Below are positions 9,112-19,110 of a DNA stretch of 64,000 nucleotides, one piece after another. The stretch lies in contig CBDFKD010000002.1 in assembly GCA_965248695.1 (NCBI GenBank), positions 5,056,001 through 5,120,000 on the forward strand. The letters run 5' to 3'. The stretch's first letter is position 1. The number at the start of each line of letters is the position of its first letter. The notes under the pieces were generated by a model. The model saw only the letters and a program-made list of their open reading frames with translations, was not told the origin of the DNA and did not search any database. The translations under genes and the position numbers were made by a program. The DNA comes from Acidobacteriota bacterium. Lineage in GTDB: Bacteria; Acidobacteriota; UBA890; WLXD01.

Positions 9112-11742
9112 ATGGCCGAAGCGTCGTCTCCGATGATGCGGCAGTACCATCGCATCAAAGCATCTCATCCCGATGCCATTCTGTTTTTCCGGCTCGGCGA
9201 TTTCTACGAGATGTTCTTCGATGATGCCGAGCTTGCCAGCGGGGTCCTGGATATTACCTTGACCGCTCGCGGCCGCGGTACGGCCAACGAAGCACCGATG
9301 TGCGGCGTCCCTCACCACAGCGCCGACGGCTACCTGGCGCGGTTGCTCGAAGCCGGTCACAAGGTCGCCATCGCCGAGCAGGTGGAAGAGGCGGCAAAGG
9401 CCAAAGGCATGGTGCGTCGCGAGGTCGTGCGTGTGCTGACGCCTGGCACCGTGGTCGAAGAAGATCTGCTCGACAGTCGCCGCAACAACTACGTGATCGC
9501 GGTGAGCGAACCCGGCGATAGGGTGGGCGTCGCGGCTCTGGACGTCTCCACCGGGGAGTTCATCGTTGCCGAGTTCGACGGCGAGAACCGCTTCATGCGC
9601 GCCCGCGAGGAGATCGGGCGCTGGGCACCGAGCGAGATCTGCCACGCCGAGTCGGACAATCCAGCCGCCTGGCTGGTACCCGAGGATCCGAGCCTGCCGA
9701 CGGTGCAGGGAATCCGCACCTGGAGCCCGTTAGCAGACTGGAATTTCGATACGGAGCGCGCTCGAGTAGGGCTGTGTGAGCACTTCGCCGTTGCGACGCT
9801 CGACGGGTTCGACCTCGGCGACTGCGATGCCGGTGTGGCGGCTGCTGGCGCCCTGCTGCGGTACGCCTCGGAGGAGAGTCACAAGGCGCCGTTGGGCCAT
9901 GTTCGATCGATGCGCCGCTATCGCGGTCGCGACGTGCTGCAGCTCGACGATGTCACGCGGCGATCGCTCGAGCTCACCGCGTCGTGGCAGCAGGGCGGGC
10001 GTGAGGGCTCGCTGTTGGCAGTGCTCGATCGGTCGGCGACCGCGATGGGTGGACGCCGGCTGCGACAGTGGCTGCTGCGGCCACTGCGCGATCCACAGTT
10101 GATCGATGCGCGCCTCGAAGTAGTGGACCGTCTGGTGTCAGCCGTGCGATTACGTGACGGTATTCGTGACGCGCTGCGGGCGGTGCATGACCTCGAACGC
10201 CTCACGACGCGGATCACGATCGGCTCGGCCACTCCACGCGACCTGTATGCGCTGCGAACCTCGCTCGAGGCGCTGCCCGCGGTCGTGGACGGGCTCGGTG
10301 AGCTGACAGGCGCGCGGCTAGGCAATGAGTTGGCCGGGCGGCTCGATCGGTGCGAAGACATCGCCCACACCGTGGCCGCCCGTCTGGTGGACGAGCCGCC
10401 TGTCAGCCTCGGCGCTGGCGAGGTGATGCGCGAAGGCTGTGACGCGCAGCTGGATGTGCTGCGGCGCTCGCGGGCGGAGGGCAAAGGGTTCATCGCCTCG
10501 CTCGAGGCGACGGAGCGCGAGCGCACCGGCATCGCGTCGCTCAAGGTGCGTTTCAACAAAGTGTTCGGCTACTTCATCGAGGTGTCCAAGGCGAATCTCG
10601 CCAAGGTTCCGGACAACTACCATCGCAAGCAGACGCTCACCAACGCCGAGCGCTTCATTACTCCGGAGCTCAAGGAATTCGAGGAGACCGTGCTCGGTGC
10701 CGAGGACAAGATTGCGGCACTTGAGCTGGAGCTATTCGGCGCACTGCGACAGGAGATCGGCGCTGAGGCGGAAAGGCTACGGCGCACGGCCGACGTGCTC
10801 GCCAGCCTCGACGCGCTGGCGGCGCTGGCGGATGGTGCCGCGCGAGCCGGATGGGTGCGGCCAGTAGTTGACGATGGGCTCGTCCTGGAGGTTCACGGCG
10901 GGCGGCATCCTGTGGTCGAGGCGTTACAACCCGACGTGCGCTTCACGCCGAACGACGCCTATCTGGACGGCGCCGAGCATCGCATCAAGCTGGTCACCGG
11001 ACCCAACATGGGCGGCAAGTCGACGTACTTGCGCCAGGTTGCGTTGATCGTGATTCTGGCGCAGATGGGGAGCTTCGTCCCGGCCGAGGCGGCTCGTGTC
11101 GGTGTCGTTGATCGAGTGTTCACGCGTGTCGGGGCGAGCGACAATCTGGCACGGGGCGCCTCGACGTTCCTGGTGGAGATGCAGGAAACTGCCAACATCC
11201 TGAACAACGCCACGCCGCGCAGCCTTATCCTGCTCGACGAGGTGGGGCGAGGCACGAGCACCTACGATGGCCTGTCGATTGCGTGGGCGGTGATAGAGCA
11301 TTTGCACGACACTGCCGAGCTCGCCTCACGCACCTTGTTTGCGACTCACTATCACGAGCTGACGGAGCTGGAGGAGCGTCTGGGCGGGCTTACCAACCTG
11401 AGTGTTGCCGTACATGAGTCCGGCGCCGGGGTGGTCTTCTTGCATCGAGTCGAGTCGGGGGCCGCGGACCGATCGTACGGTATCCATGTGGGGCGACTCG
11501 CGGGGCTGCCGTTACCCGTGGTGGCGCGGGCTGAAGAGATTCTCGCGCAGCTCGAAGGACACGAGAAAGGGGTGCCGGAACCTCGGGAAAGCGGGCGTAG
11601 CGCGCCGCAGATGAGCCTCTTCGCGCCGCAGCACCCGCTGACCGACGCGCTGGCCCAGCTGCAGCCGGAATCGATGACGCCGTTGGAGGCGCTGCAACTG
11701 CTGAGTCGCTGGAAGCAGAAGTACGGCGCCGAACCGGATTGA
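9112..11742 (+). CDS. mutS: DNA mismatch repair protein MutS
   Basis: FRLGDFYEMF, TGPNMGGKSTYLRQ, DEVGRGTST, ATHYHEL, SYGIHV, and a C-terminal QMSLF clamp-binding-like motif. Confidence 0.99.
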   Translation: MAEASSPMMRQYHRIKASHPDAILFFRLGDFYEMFFDDAELASGVLDITLTARGRGTANEAPMCGVPHHSADGYLARLLEAGHKVAIAEQVEEAAKAKGMVRREVVRVLTPGTVVEEDLLDSRRNNYVIAVSEPGDRVGVAALDVSTGEFIVAEFDGENRFMRAREEIGRWAPSEICHAESDNPAAWLVPEDPSLPTVQGIRTWSPLADWNFDTERARVGLCEHFAVATLDGFDLGDCDAGVAAAGALLRYASEESHKAPLGHVRSMRRYRGRDVLQLDDVTRRSLELTASWQQGGREGSLLAVLDRSATAMGGRRLRQWLLRPLRDPQLIDARLEVVDRLVSAVRLRDGIRDALRAVHDLERLTTRITIGSATPRDLYALRTSLEALPAVVDGLGELTGARLGNELAGRLDRCEDIAHTVAARLVDEPPVSLGAGEVMREGCDAQLDVLRRSRAEGKGFIASLEATERERTGIASLKVRFNKVFGYFIEVSKANLAKVPDNYHRKQTLTNAERFITPELKEFEETVLGAEDKIAALELELFGALRQEIGAEAERLRRTADVLASLDALAALADGAARAGWVRPVVDDGLVLEVHGGRHPVVEALQPDVRFTPNDAYLDGAEHRIKLVTGPNMGGKSTYLRQVALIVILAQMGSFVPAEAARVGVVDRVFTRVGASDNLARGASTFLVEMQETANILNNATPRSLILLDEVGRGTSTYDGLSIAWAVIEHLHDTAELASRTLFATHYHELTELEERLGGLTNLSVAVHESGAGVVFLHRVESGAADRSYGIHVGRLAGLPLPVVARAEEILAQLEGHEKGVPEPRESGRSAPQMSLFAPQHPLTDALAQLQPESMTPLEALQLLSRWKQKYGAEPD

Positions 11743-11744
11743 CG

Positions 11745-12881
11745 ATGAATCTGGCGCTCGGGCTGATATCGGGGACTTCGATGGACGGCATCGACGTGGC
11801 ACTCATCGGCTGCGATGGCGGTGCCGCGGCGTTGCCGACGCTTGCCGGCTTCCGAACGCAGCCGTACGAGCCGGGATTGAGCGCCGAGCTGCGCCTGTGC
11901 CAGGAACACGGTGACATCGCCCACCTGGCGCGATTGAACGTCGCCGTCGGTGAGGCCTTCGCCGACGCTGCGCTCGCTCTGCTCGATGAGCTCTCAGTGA
12001 GTGCCGAAGAGGTGTGCTGCATCGGCTCCCACGGCCAGACTCTGGTGCACCTTCCGGAGGCAGTCGAGGTCGGCGGCCAGGTGGTGCGCGCGACGCTGCA
12101 GATCGGCGACGCTGCGGTTATCGCGGCACGCACCGGCATTCCGACGGTGGCGGATTTCCGCTCGATGGACATGGCTCTGGGTGGAGAGGGAGCCCCGCTG
12201 GTGCCATTGCTCGACTGGCGCCTGTATCGCCACGCCAGCCGTGGGCGCGTGCTGTTGAACATCGGCGGGGTAGCGAACGTCACCGGGCTGTCGCCAGACG
12301 CGCCGCTCGAGTCGGTGATCGCCTTCGATACCGGGCCCGGCAATGCGCTGCTCGACGCGGTCGCGCGACAGCGGGACCTACCCGGCGGCATGGACGTCGA
12401 CGGGTCGCTGGCGGTATCCGGGCAGGTCGTCCCTGATCTGTTGGAAGTGCTGCTGGCCGACGGCTACTACGCCCGTACGCCGCCTAAGTCAGCCGACGCC
12501 AGACAGTTCGTGTCCCGCCTCGACGACGACACGGTCTCGCAGCTCGCCACTGCCGACGTCCTCGCCACGCTGGCGGAACTGACGGTAACCTCCGTGGCGG
12601 AAGCGGTGGATCGATGGCTTGCGCCCCACCAGCCGATCGACGAGGTGCTCGTGGCAGGCGGGGGATGCCACAATCGGGCCCTCATGCAGGGTCTCCGGGA
12701 GCGCTTCTCCAGCGTCGAACCGCTGCCAGCCGAAGACGGGATTGCGCCCGACGCGAAGGAAGCGGCAGCCTTCGCCGTGCTGGCGCTGGAGACACTCGCC
12801 GGGCGCCCGGGAAATGTTCCGAGCGCCACCGGTGCGTCGAAGGCGGCGGTGCTCGGAACGGTCACTAGGCCACCCGGATAG
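11745..12881 (+). CDS. anmK: anhydro-N-acetylmuramic acid kinase
   Basis: GLISGTSMDGID, IGSHGQT, DFR..D...GGEGAPLVP, NIGGVAN, FDTGPGN, KEAAAFA. Confidence 0.95.
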   Translation: MNLALGLISGTSMDGIDVALIGCDGGAAALPTLAGFRTQPYEPGLSAELRLCQEHGDIAHLARLNVAVGEAFADAALALLDELSVSAEEVCCIGSHGQTLVHLPEAVEVGGQVVRATLQIGDAAVIAARTGIPTVADFRSMDMALGGEGAPLVPLLDWRLYRHASRGRVLLNIGGVANVTGLSPDAPLESVIAFDTGPGNALLDAVARQRDLPGGMDVDGSLAVSGQVVPDLLEVLLADGYYARTPPKSADARQFVSRLDDDTVSQLATADVLATLAELTVTSVAEAVDRWLAPHQPIDEVLVAGGGCHNRALMQGLRERFSSVEPLPAEDGIAPDAKEAAAFAVLALETLAGRPGNVPSATGASKAAVLGTVTRPPG

Positions 12882-12927
12882 CGGCGTATCGAGGCGGATT
12901 TCGTGGCCAGAGCCAACCTGGGGTGCG

Positions 12928-12936
12928 TGGTACCAT
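12928..12936 (+). promoter_or_regulatory. putative extended -10 for ilvE
   Basis: TGGTACCAT about 30 bp upstream of the AGGAGG SD and ATG. Confidence 0.35.
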
Positions 12937-12966
12937 CGAGGCTTCCGCAGCCCCAGGAGGTGGGCG

Positions 12967-13947
12967 ATGCCTGCTCTCGAGCCAACGCCGTACATGTGGC
13001 ACAACGGCAAGCTGATCCCGTGGGCCGAAGCGACGGTTCACGTCGGTACCCACGCGCTGCACTACGGCTCTTCGGTATTCGAAGGAATCCGCTGCTACAA
13101 GACCGAGCGCGGCCCGGCGGTCTTCCGCCTGCCGGAGCACGCCCGCCGTCTGGTTGACTCGGCGCGCATCTATAGGATGGATCTCGACTACGACGCCGAG
13201 CAGCTGGCCGAGGCCTGTCTGGAGACCATCCGTGCCAACGAGATGGAGCACTGCTACATCCGCCCGATCACGTTTCGCGGCTACCATTCGCTCGGCGTCG
13301 ACCCGCTCCCGTGCCCGCTCGAGACGTACATCATGGTGTGGGAGTGGGGCGCCTATCTCGGGGAGGAAGCGCTCGAGTCGGGCGCCGATCTGAAGGTGTC
13401 GTCGTGGAATCGGATGGCTCCCAACACGCTGCCCTTCATGGCCAAGGCCGGCGCCAATTACATGAACTCGCAGCTCGTGAAGATGGAGGCGCTTTCGGAG
13501 GGCTTCGCCGAGGCGATCGCGCTGACTCCCGATGGGTTGGTGTCGGAAGGCAGCGGCGAGAACGTCTTCATCGTTCGCGACGAGATCGTTCACACTCCCA
13601 GCACGGCGGCGTCGATTCTCCCCGGGATCACCCGTGATTGCGTCATCACGCTCGCCCGCGACCTCGGCTTCGAGGTGCGCGAAACTGCCATCCCCCGCGA
13701 GATGCTGTACGTCGCTGACGAAGTCTTCATGAGCGGGACGGCCGCCGAGATCACGCCGGTCCGATCGATCGATCGCATCCAGATCGGGGCTGGCCAGCGC
13801 GGTCCGGTGACGGCTCAGATCCAGCGGCACTTCTTCGAAATCGTTCAGGGGCGAACGGACGATCTGTACGGCTGGCTGACGGCAGTGTACCCGGATGCTG
13901 GCGATCCACGCGCGGAGGCAATGGCGGGCGAGAGCTCGGTGGCCTGA
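12967..13947 (+). CDS. ilvE: branched-chain amino acid aminotransferase
   Basis: HALHYGSSVFEGIR, YIRP, KAGANY, EGSGEN, LPGITR, GTAAE. AGGAGG SD. Confidence 0.97.
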   Translation: MPALEPTPYMWHNGKLIPWAEATVHVGTHALHYGSSVFEGIRCYKTERGPAVFRLPEHARRLVDSARIYRMDLDYDAEQLAEACLETIRANEMEHCYIRPITFRGYHSLGVDPLPCPLETYIMVWEWGAYLGEEALESGADLKVSSWNRMAPNTLPFMAKAGANYMNSQLVKMEALSEGFAEAIALTPDGLVSEGSGENVFIVRDEIVHTPSTAASILPGITRDCVITLARDLGFEVRETAIPREMLYVADEVFMSGTAAEITPVRSIDRIQIGAGQRGPVTAQIQRHFFEIVQGRTDDLYGWLTAVYPDAGDPRAEAMAGESSVA

Positions 13948-13957
13948 GGACAGCGAC

Positions 13958-15079
13958 ATGGATCTCGATACCCTTCTCTGGGAGGCTGTTGATCGTGGTG
14001 CCTCCGATCTCCACCTGCGAGCCGGTAGTCCACCGATGCTCCGTGTCGACGGCGAGATCGAGCCGGTAGACGAAGAGCAGGCGCTGACGTCGGCAGATAC
14101 CGCCGCCGTGGCGAAGGAAATCCTCAAGGACCACCACGTCAACCTGGAGGCCATGCGGGAGGTCGACGTCGGCTACGCGGTTCGGGAGTTGGGCCGCTTT
14201 CGCGTCAACTTGTTCACCAACAGCGGCCAGGTCGGCATCGTGCTGCGGATCATGCCGCCGGAACCGCTCGGACTGGACGAGCTCAACCTGCCCCCGGTAC
14301 TGGCCAAGGTCGCCAGCGAAAACCGCGGGCTCGTGCTGGTAACCGGCGTAACCGGCAGCGGTAAGTCGACCACCCTGGCCGCGATGATCGACCATATCAA
14401 TCGCAATCGGTGCCGCCACATCATCACGATCGAGGATCCGATCGAGTACGTTCACATCGACAGAAACAGTCTGATCACACAACGTCAGCTCGGACTCGAC
14501 ACCAACTCGTTTGCCGACGCGTTGCGCGCAGCGCTGCGGCAGGATCCGGACGTGATCCTCATCGGTGAGATGCGCGACCGCGAGACCATCGATGCGGCGG
14601 TGCTCGCCGCCGAGACCGGCCACCTGGTGTTCTCGACACTGCACACGGTCGACGCGCCGGAAACCCTCAACCGCATCCTGTCGACATACCCGCCGTACCA
14701 GCAGGAGCAGGTACGTACCCAGCTGGCGGATGTCCTCCGGTCCGTCATCTCACAGCGGCTCTTGACGCGTATCGACGGCGAGGGGCTAGTGCCGGCGGTC
14801 GAGGTGTTGATCAACTCGAAGTTCGTTTCCGAGTGCATCCGCGACGTCAAGCGAGCGCAGAAGATCCGCGACGCGATGAGCGAGGGAGGGGAGCGATACG
14901 GGATGCAGACGTTCGATCAGTCGATCCTCTCGCTTTGTCAACGCGAGCTCATCTCCGAGGAGGTCGCCGTGGCCGCCGCTACGGTGCCGAGCGATCTGAA
15001 GTTGCAGCTGCGCGGCATCGTTTCGGGGATCGACCCCGGACGCGGTGGTCAGGGGAGCGGCTCGACACGGTCCGGTTGA
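13958..15079 (+). CDS. PilT/PilU-family retraction ATPase
   Basis: ASDLHL, GVTGSGKSTT, TIEDPIE, LRQDPDVILIGEMRD, TGHLVFSTLHT, GMQTFDQ. Confidence 0.95.
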   Translation: MDLDTLLWEAVDRGASDLHLRAGSPPMLRVDGEIEPVDEEQALTSADTAAVAKEILKDHHVNLEAMREVDVGYAVRELGRFRVNLFTNSGQVGIVLRIMPPEPLGLDELNLPPVLAKVASENRGLVLVTGVTGSGKSTTLAAMIDHINRNRCRHIITIEDPIEYVHIDRNSLITQRQLGLDTNSFADALRAALRQDPDVILIGEMRDRETIDAAVLAAETGHLVFSTLHTVDAPETLNRILSTYPPYQQEQVRTQLADVLRSVISQRLLTRIDGEGLVPAVEVLINSKFVSECIRDVKRAQKIRDAMSEGGERYGMQTFDQSILSLCQRELISEEVAVAAATVPSDLKLQLRGIVSGIDPGRGGQGSGSTRSG

Positions 15080-15558
15080 GCCCCAAGCACAAGCGCACGG
15101 CGTTTGCCGACGCACTGCGGATCATCGGCCTTCGCGATCTGTCGCAGCGTCGACTCCGAGAGAAGCTGTTGGCGCGCGACTACGCCCCGGACGAGGTCGA
15201 TGCCGCGGTGGCGCGTTGTGTCGAGCTCGGCTATGTCAACGATCACTCGTTCGGAGTCGACCGTGCAGGTGCGGTTCTCCGGCGGCGGCCGTGCGGTCGG
15301 TTGGGGCTACAGCGTGACTTGCAGCGACAGGGTCTGCCTCGGACAATGATCAACCGGGTGGTCGATGAGGCCTACGAAGAGGCTGGTGGTGAGCATGCCG
15401 TGCTTGCCGATGCCGTGCGTCGGTGGATAGAGCGTAACGGCGACCCGGTCGATTGGCCGGCCATCCGTCGGTGCTCGACTCACCTTGGGCGGCGTGGTTT
15501 CGCGGGGGGCGACGTCCAAGCGGCGCTTTCCCATTGGTTAGCGGCCTGTAGCAGATGA
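15076..15558 (+). CDS. recX: regulatory protein RecX
   Basis: ALR....RD.S...LREKL, LGYVND..F, G...L..DL.RQG, L.RRGF. It lies before alaS, and the TTG start overlaps the previous stop. Confidence 0.85.
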   Translation: MSPKHKRTAFADALRIIGLRDLSQRRLREKLLARDYAPDEVDAAVARCVELGYVNDHSFGVDRAGAVLRRRPCGRLGLQRDLQRQGLPRTMINRVVDEAYEEAGGEHAVLADAVRRWIERNGDPVDWPAIRRCSTHLGRRGFAGGDVQAALSHWLAACSR

Positions 15559-15559
15559 T
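15538..15559 (+). repeat. solo degenerate copy of the IS630-like terminal repeat
   Basis: TTAGCGGCCTGTAGCAGATGAT matches CTAGTGGCCTGTAACAGATGAT at 19/22 and forms the recX 3' end. Confidence 0.6.
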
Positions 15560-15582
15560 GTGACCACCGGAGGGCAGCTTCC

Positions 15583-18234
15583 GTGAGCAACCGTAGCGAC
15601 GACATTCGGCAGAAGTTCATCGATTACTTCGCCGAGCGCGGCCACACGCACGTGTCGAGTAGCAGCCTGGTGCCGGCCGACGACCCGACGTTGCTGTTCA
15701 CCAACGCCGGTATGAACCAGTTCAAGGCTACCTTTCTGGGCGAGTCGAGCCGTCCGTACCAGCGCGCGGTGACGTCACAGAAGTGCATGCGGGTATCCGG
15801 CAAGCACAACGATCTCGAAACCGTCGGCCCGTCGCTGTCTCACCACACCTTCTTCGAGATGCTCGGCAACTTCTCGTTCGGGGACTACTTCAAGGCCGAG
15901 GCGATCGTTATGGCCTGGGAGTTGATGACTGAGCATTTCGCGCTGCCCAAGGAGCGCCTTTGGGCGACCGTGTTCGAGGAAGATGACGAAGCCGAGGAGC
16001 TCTGGCTGCGGGAGACCGACATTCAGCCCGGGCGCGTTCTCCGGCTCGGCAAGGAGGACAACTACTGGTCGATGGGCGACACCGGACCTTGTGGCCCGTG
16101 CTCCGAGCTGCACTACGACTACGAGCTCGATGAGCTGGGTGAGCCAGAGACGCCGGTCGACCTTGACTCCGATCGCTTCGTCGAGCTGTGGAACCTGGTG
16201 TTCATGCAGTTCAACGCCAACGCTGACGGCAGCGTCGAGCCGCTGCCGAATCCCAACATCGATACCGGTGCCGGCCTGGAGAGGCTGACGGCGGTCCTGC
16301 AGGGAACGCGCTCGAACTACGACACCGACCTGTTCCGGCCCATCATCGAGGCCGTCGCCGACAAGGCCGGTTGTGCCTACGGCGATGCCGCGGAGACCGA
16401 TGTGGCGCTGCGGGTGATCGGCGATCACAGCCGCGCGCTGGCGTTTCTGCTCGCCGATGGGGTCATGCCGGCAAACGAGGGGCGCGGTTACGTGCTCAGA
16501 AGGCTGCTGCGGCGCGCCATGCGCTTCGGCATGAAGTTGGGGCTCGATCAGCCGTTCCTGCGTGCCTCCGCCATGACGGTTGTCGACAGGATGGGTGCGA
16601 CCTTTGCCGAGCTGCAGGAGCACCGGGATCTGATCGCGCGCGTCGTGCACAGCGAGGAGGAGCGCTTCTTGCAGACGCTCGCGGCAGGCTCACAGATGTT
16701 CAACGAGCTCGCCGCCGGCCTGAAGGCAGCTTCGGAGTCGACGATCCCGGGTGGCGACGCGTTTCGTCTCTACGACACCTTCGGCCTGCCAATCGAGTTG
16801 ACCCGCGAGTTCGCCACGGCGGAGGGACTGGCCATCGACGAAGCGGGCTTTACCCGCGCGCTCGAGGCACAGCGCGCCCGCGCGCGATCGGCCTGGAAGG
16901 GCGCCGACGATGAGCCGCTGCGCCAGCTGGTACGGAAGCTAACGGTCGACAGCGAGCCGACGGAGTTTCTCGCCTACGCGGCTACCGCCGTCGATTCAGC
17001 GCGTGTCGTTGCGCTGGTGCGCGACGGGGGATCGGTCGACAAGCTCGGTGCCGGCGACAGCGGTGGCCTGCTGGCGGACCGAACGCCTTTTTACGCCGAG
17101 TCGGGCGGGCAGGTGGCCGACGTGGGCGAGGTGTGCTGGGACGCCGGATCCGGGTTGATTACCGACGTCCAGAGGCCCGTGGCGGGCGTCATCGTGCACT
17201 TCGTCGACGTCCAAGAGGGCGAGTTGGCGGTCGAGCAGGAGATCTCCCTTCAGGTCGACGCCGTGCGGCGCCACAGCATCCGACGCAACCACACCGCCAC
17301 CCATCTGTTGCACGCGGCGTTGCGTCGGCAGCTCGGCGAGCACGTGCGGCAGGCGGGCTCGCTGGTGGACGATGGTCGTTTGCGGTTCGATTTCACCCAC
17401 TTCGAATCGCTGGAGGCTGGCCGCCTCGAGAGCCTGGAGGCGGAGGTCAACGCTGCCATTCGGGATGATCTGGCCCTTGACGTCGAGGAGACCGACTACG
17501 ACGACGCCATCGAGCGAGGGGCGCTGGCTTTCTTCGGCGAGAAGTACGGTGATCGGGTGCGGATGGTGAACATACCCGGGGTGTCCACCGAGCTTTGCGG
17601 CGGCACGCACGTCGGCCGCACGGGCGAGATCGGTGGGCTCGCGATCCAGCGCGAAGAGAGCGTTGGAGCCGGAGTTCGACGGATCGAGGCTGTCACCGGC
17701 GATTCGGCCGTGCGTACGCTGCAGCACTATCGCGGTTTGGTGCGCGATGCAGCGGTACGAATGCGAATCCCCGAGGACGCCTTGGTCGACAGCGTTGGCA
17801 AGTTGGTGCAACGCGCCCAGGAGGCCGAGCGCGAGCTCGAGCGCCTGCGCCTGCGCCTGGCCTCGCAGCAGGCCGGAAGCGATGTCGACACTGATGCGGT
17901 CGAAGTCGAAGGCGTGCGCGTCTTGCGGCGCGAAGTCGATGGATTGGACGCGTCGGGAATGCGCAACCTGGTCGACGAGCTCAAGTCGAAGATCGGGTCC
18001 GGCGTGATCGTGCTGGGGATGCGGACGAAGGGGAAGGCGGCGCTGGTGGTGGGTGTCACCGCAGACCTGACCGCCCGCATCGGCGCCGACGCGGTGATCG
18101 GCGCGGTGGCGCCAATTATCGGGGGTGGTGGCGGCGGGCACCGTGAGCTGGCGCAAGCAGGCGGTCCCGAAGCAGGAAAAGTCACTGAAGCACTAGAGAG
18201 GGCTCCGGAACTGATTGCTGAACTGCTACAGTAA
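15583..18234 (+). CDS. alaS: alanine--tRNA ligase
   Basis: DPTLLFTNAGMNQFK, HHTFFEMLGNFSFGDYFK, WNLVFMQF, NHTATHLL, ELCGGTHV, GGGGG. Confidence 0.99.
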   Translation: MSNRSDDIRQKFIDYFAERGHTHVSSSSLVPADDPTLLFTNAGMNQFKATFLGESSRPYQRAVTSQKCMRVSGKHNDLETVGPSLSHHTFFEMLGNFSFGDYFKAEAIVMAWELMTEHFALPKERLWATVFEEDDEAEELWLRETDIQPGRVLRLGKEDNYWSMGDTGPCGPCSELHYDYELDELGEPETPVDLDSDRFVELWNLVFMQFNANADGSVEPLPNPNIDTGAGLERLTAVLQGTRSNYDTDLFRPIIEAVADKAGCAYGDAAETDVALRVIGDHSRALAFLLADGVMPANEGRGYVLRRLLRRAMRFGMKLGLDQPFLRASAMTVVDRMGATFAELQEHRDLIARVVHSEEERFLQTLAAGSQMFNELAAGLKAASESTIPGGDAFRLYDTFGLPIELTREFATAEGLAIDEAGFTRALEAQRARARSAWKGADDEPLRQLVRKLTVDSEPTEFLAYAATAVDSARVVALVRDGGSVDKLGAGDSGGLLADRTPFYAESGGQVADVGEVCWDAGSGLITDVQRPVAGVIVHFVDVQEGELAVEQEISLQVDAVRRHSIRRNHTATHLLHAALRRQLGEHVRQAGSLVDDGRLRFDFTHFESLEAGRLESLEAEVNAAIRDDLALDVEETDYDDAIERGALAFFGEKYGDRVRMVNIPGVSTELCGGTHVGRTGEIGGLAIQREESVGAGVRRIEAVTGDSAVRTLQHYRGLVRDAAVRMRIPEDALVDSVGKLVQRAQEAERELERLRLRLASQQAGSDVDTDAVEVEGVRVLRREVDGLDASGMRNLVDELKSKIGSGVIVLGMRTKGKAALVVGVTADLTARIGADAVIGAVAPIIGGGGGGHRELAQAGGPEAGKVTEALERAPELIAELLQ

Positions 18235-18330
18235 AGTGTCTGGATCGCACGCGCCGTTGACTGTTTGCGGAACGCGAGCGATGGAGTACGGGGTCTGCGC
18301 TACCGCTTGGGGGCAAGCAGGAGGGCTGTC

Positions 18331-18948
18331 ATGGCCGTTGCGCGGCGGCATGGCGTATTCAAGGCTGGGCTGGTAGGGGCCACGGTGCTCGTGCTGGTGC
18401 TGTTCGATGCGTCCCCGGCGAGCGCCCAGATCTGGGTGGTAACCGATCCTGACGGCTCGCAGCGCTTCACCAGTTCGCCGGAACCCGGAGCAGAGCTCTT
18501 CATGCGCACCCTCCACGGACTCCGTGCGCGGCGAGCGCGGAGCGTGGCGTCGGTGGCGCCGCGCTACCAGGACGAGATCGCGCGCGCGTCGGAGCGCACC
18601 GGGCTGGCTCCGGAGTTGATCACCGCCGTGATTGCAGCGGAATCCAATTTCAACCCCAACGCCGTGTCATCAAAGGGGGCGCAGGGACTGATGCAGCTGA
18701 TGCCGGCGACCGCGGCTTCGCTGGGCGTACGCGACGTGTGGGATCCGCGCCAGAATATTCGCGGCGGATCCGATCACCTGGCGCGGCTGTACGCCAAGTA
18801 CGACGATTTGAGCCTCGCGCTGGCTGCGTACAATGCTGGAGAGGGACGCGTGACGCAGTACGGAGGAGTTCCGCCGTTCCGTGAAACGCGAACCTATGTT
18901 CGGCGTGTTCTGAGTTACTACGAGCGCTATCGGGGAAGTGCACCGTAG
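18331..18948 (+). CDS. soluble lytic transglycosylase (SLT domain), exported
   Basis: Signal peptide, AVIAAESNFNPNAVS, GLMQLMP, AAYNAG, ETRTYV. Confidence 0.93.
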   Translation: MAVARRHGVFKAGLVGATVLVLVLFDASPASAQIWVVTDPDGSQRFTSSPEPGAELFMRTLHGLRARRARSVASVAPRYQDEIARASERTGLAPELITAVIAAESNFNPNAVSSKGAQGLMQLMPATAASLGVRDVWDPRQNIRGGSDHLARLYAKYDDLSLALAAYNAGEGRVTQYGGVPPFRETRTYVRRVLSYYERYRGSAP

Positions 18949-18981
18949 GTTTTCGCCCTGGAGCTATGTTTCTCTGGTTAA

Positions 18982-19003
18982 GACTGGCTACCAGTAGCTA
19001 GTC
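18982..19003. terminator. 9-bp hairpin after the SLT gene (possible terminator or stabiliser)
   Basis: GACTGGCTA-CCAG-TAGCTAGTC. There is no clear U tract. Confidence 0.3.
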
Positions 19004-19023
19004 AAGGGACATTCGGGGCCCTG

Positions 19024-19053
19024 TTGCAGTAAGAGCGCTTTTCGTCATATACT
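19024..19053 (+). promoter_or_regulatory. putative sigma70 promoter of the amidase gene
   Basis: TTGCAG-18 bp-TATACT in a locally AT-rich intergenic region. Confidence 0.5.
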
Positions 19054-19110
19054 TGACGTGATTGCTGATCACTGGGGCGGAAGTCAGGGAGAGGCTGCGT
19101 AAAGGGTGGC

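Noticed and set aside
9001-9645. N-terminal extensions in the ORF track for tsaB, ilvE, the 26349 ACAD, purA, thrS, the propeller and soxA
   Set aside because: They overlap neighbouring genes or the tRNA. Family homology and SD sites start later, so starts were reset.
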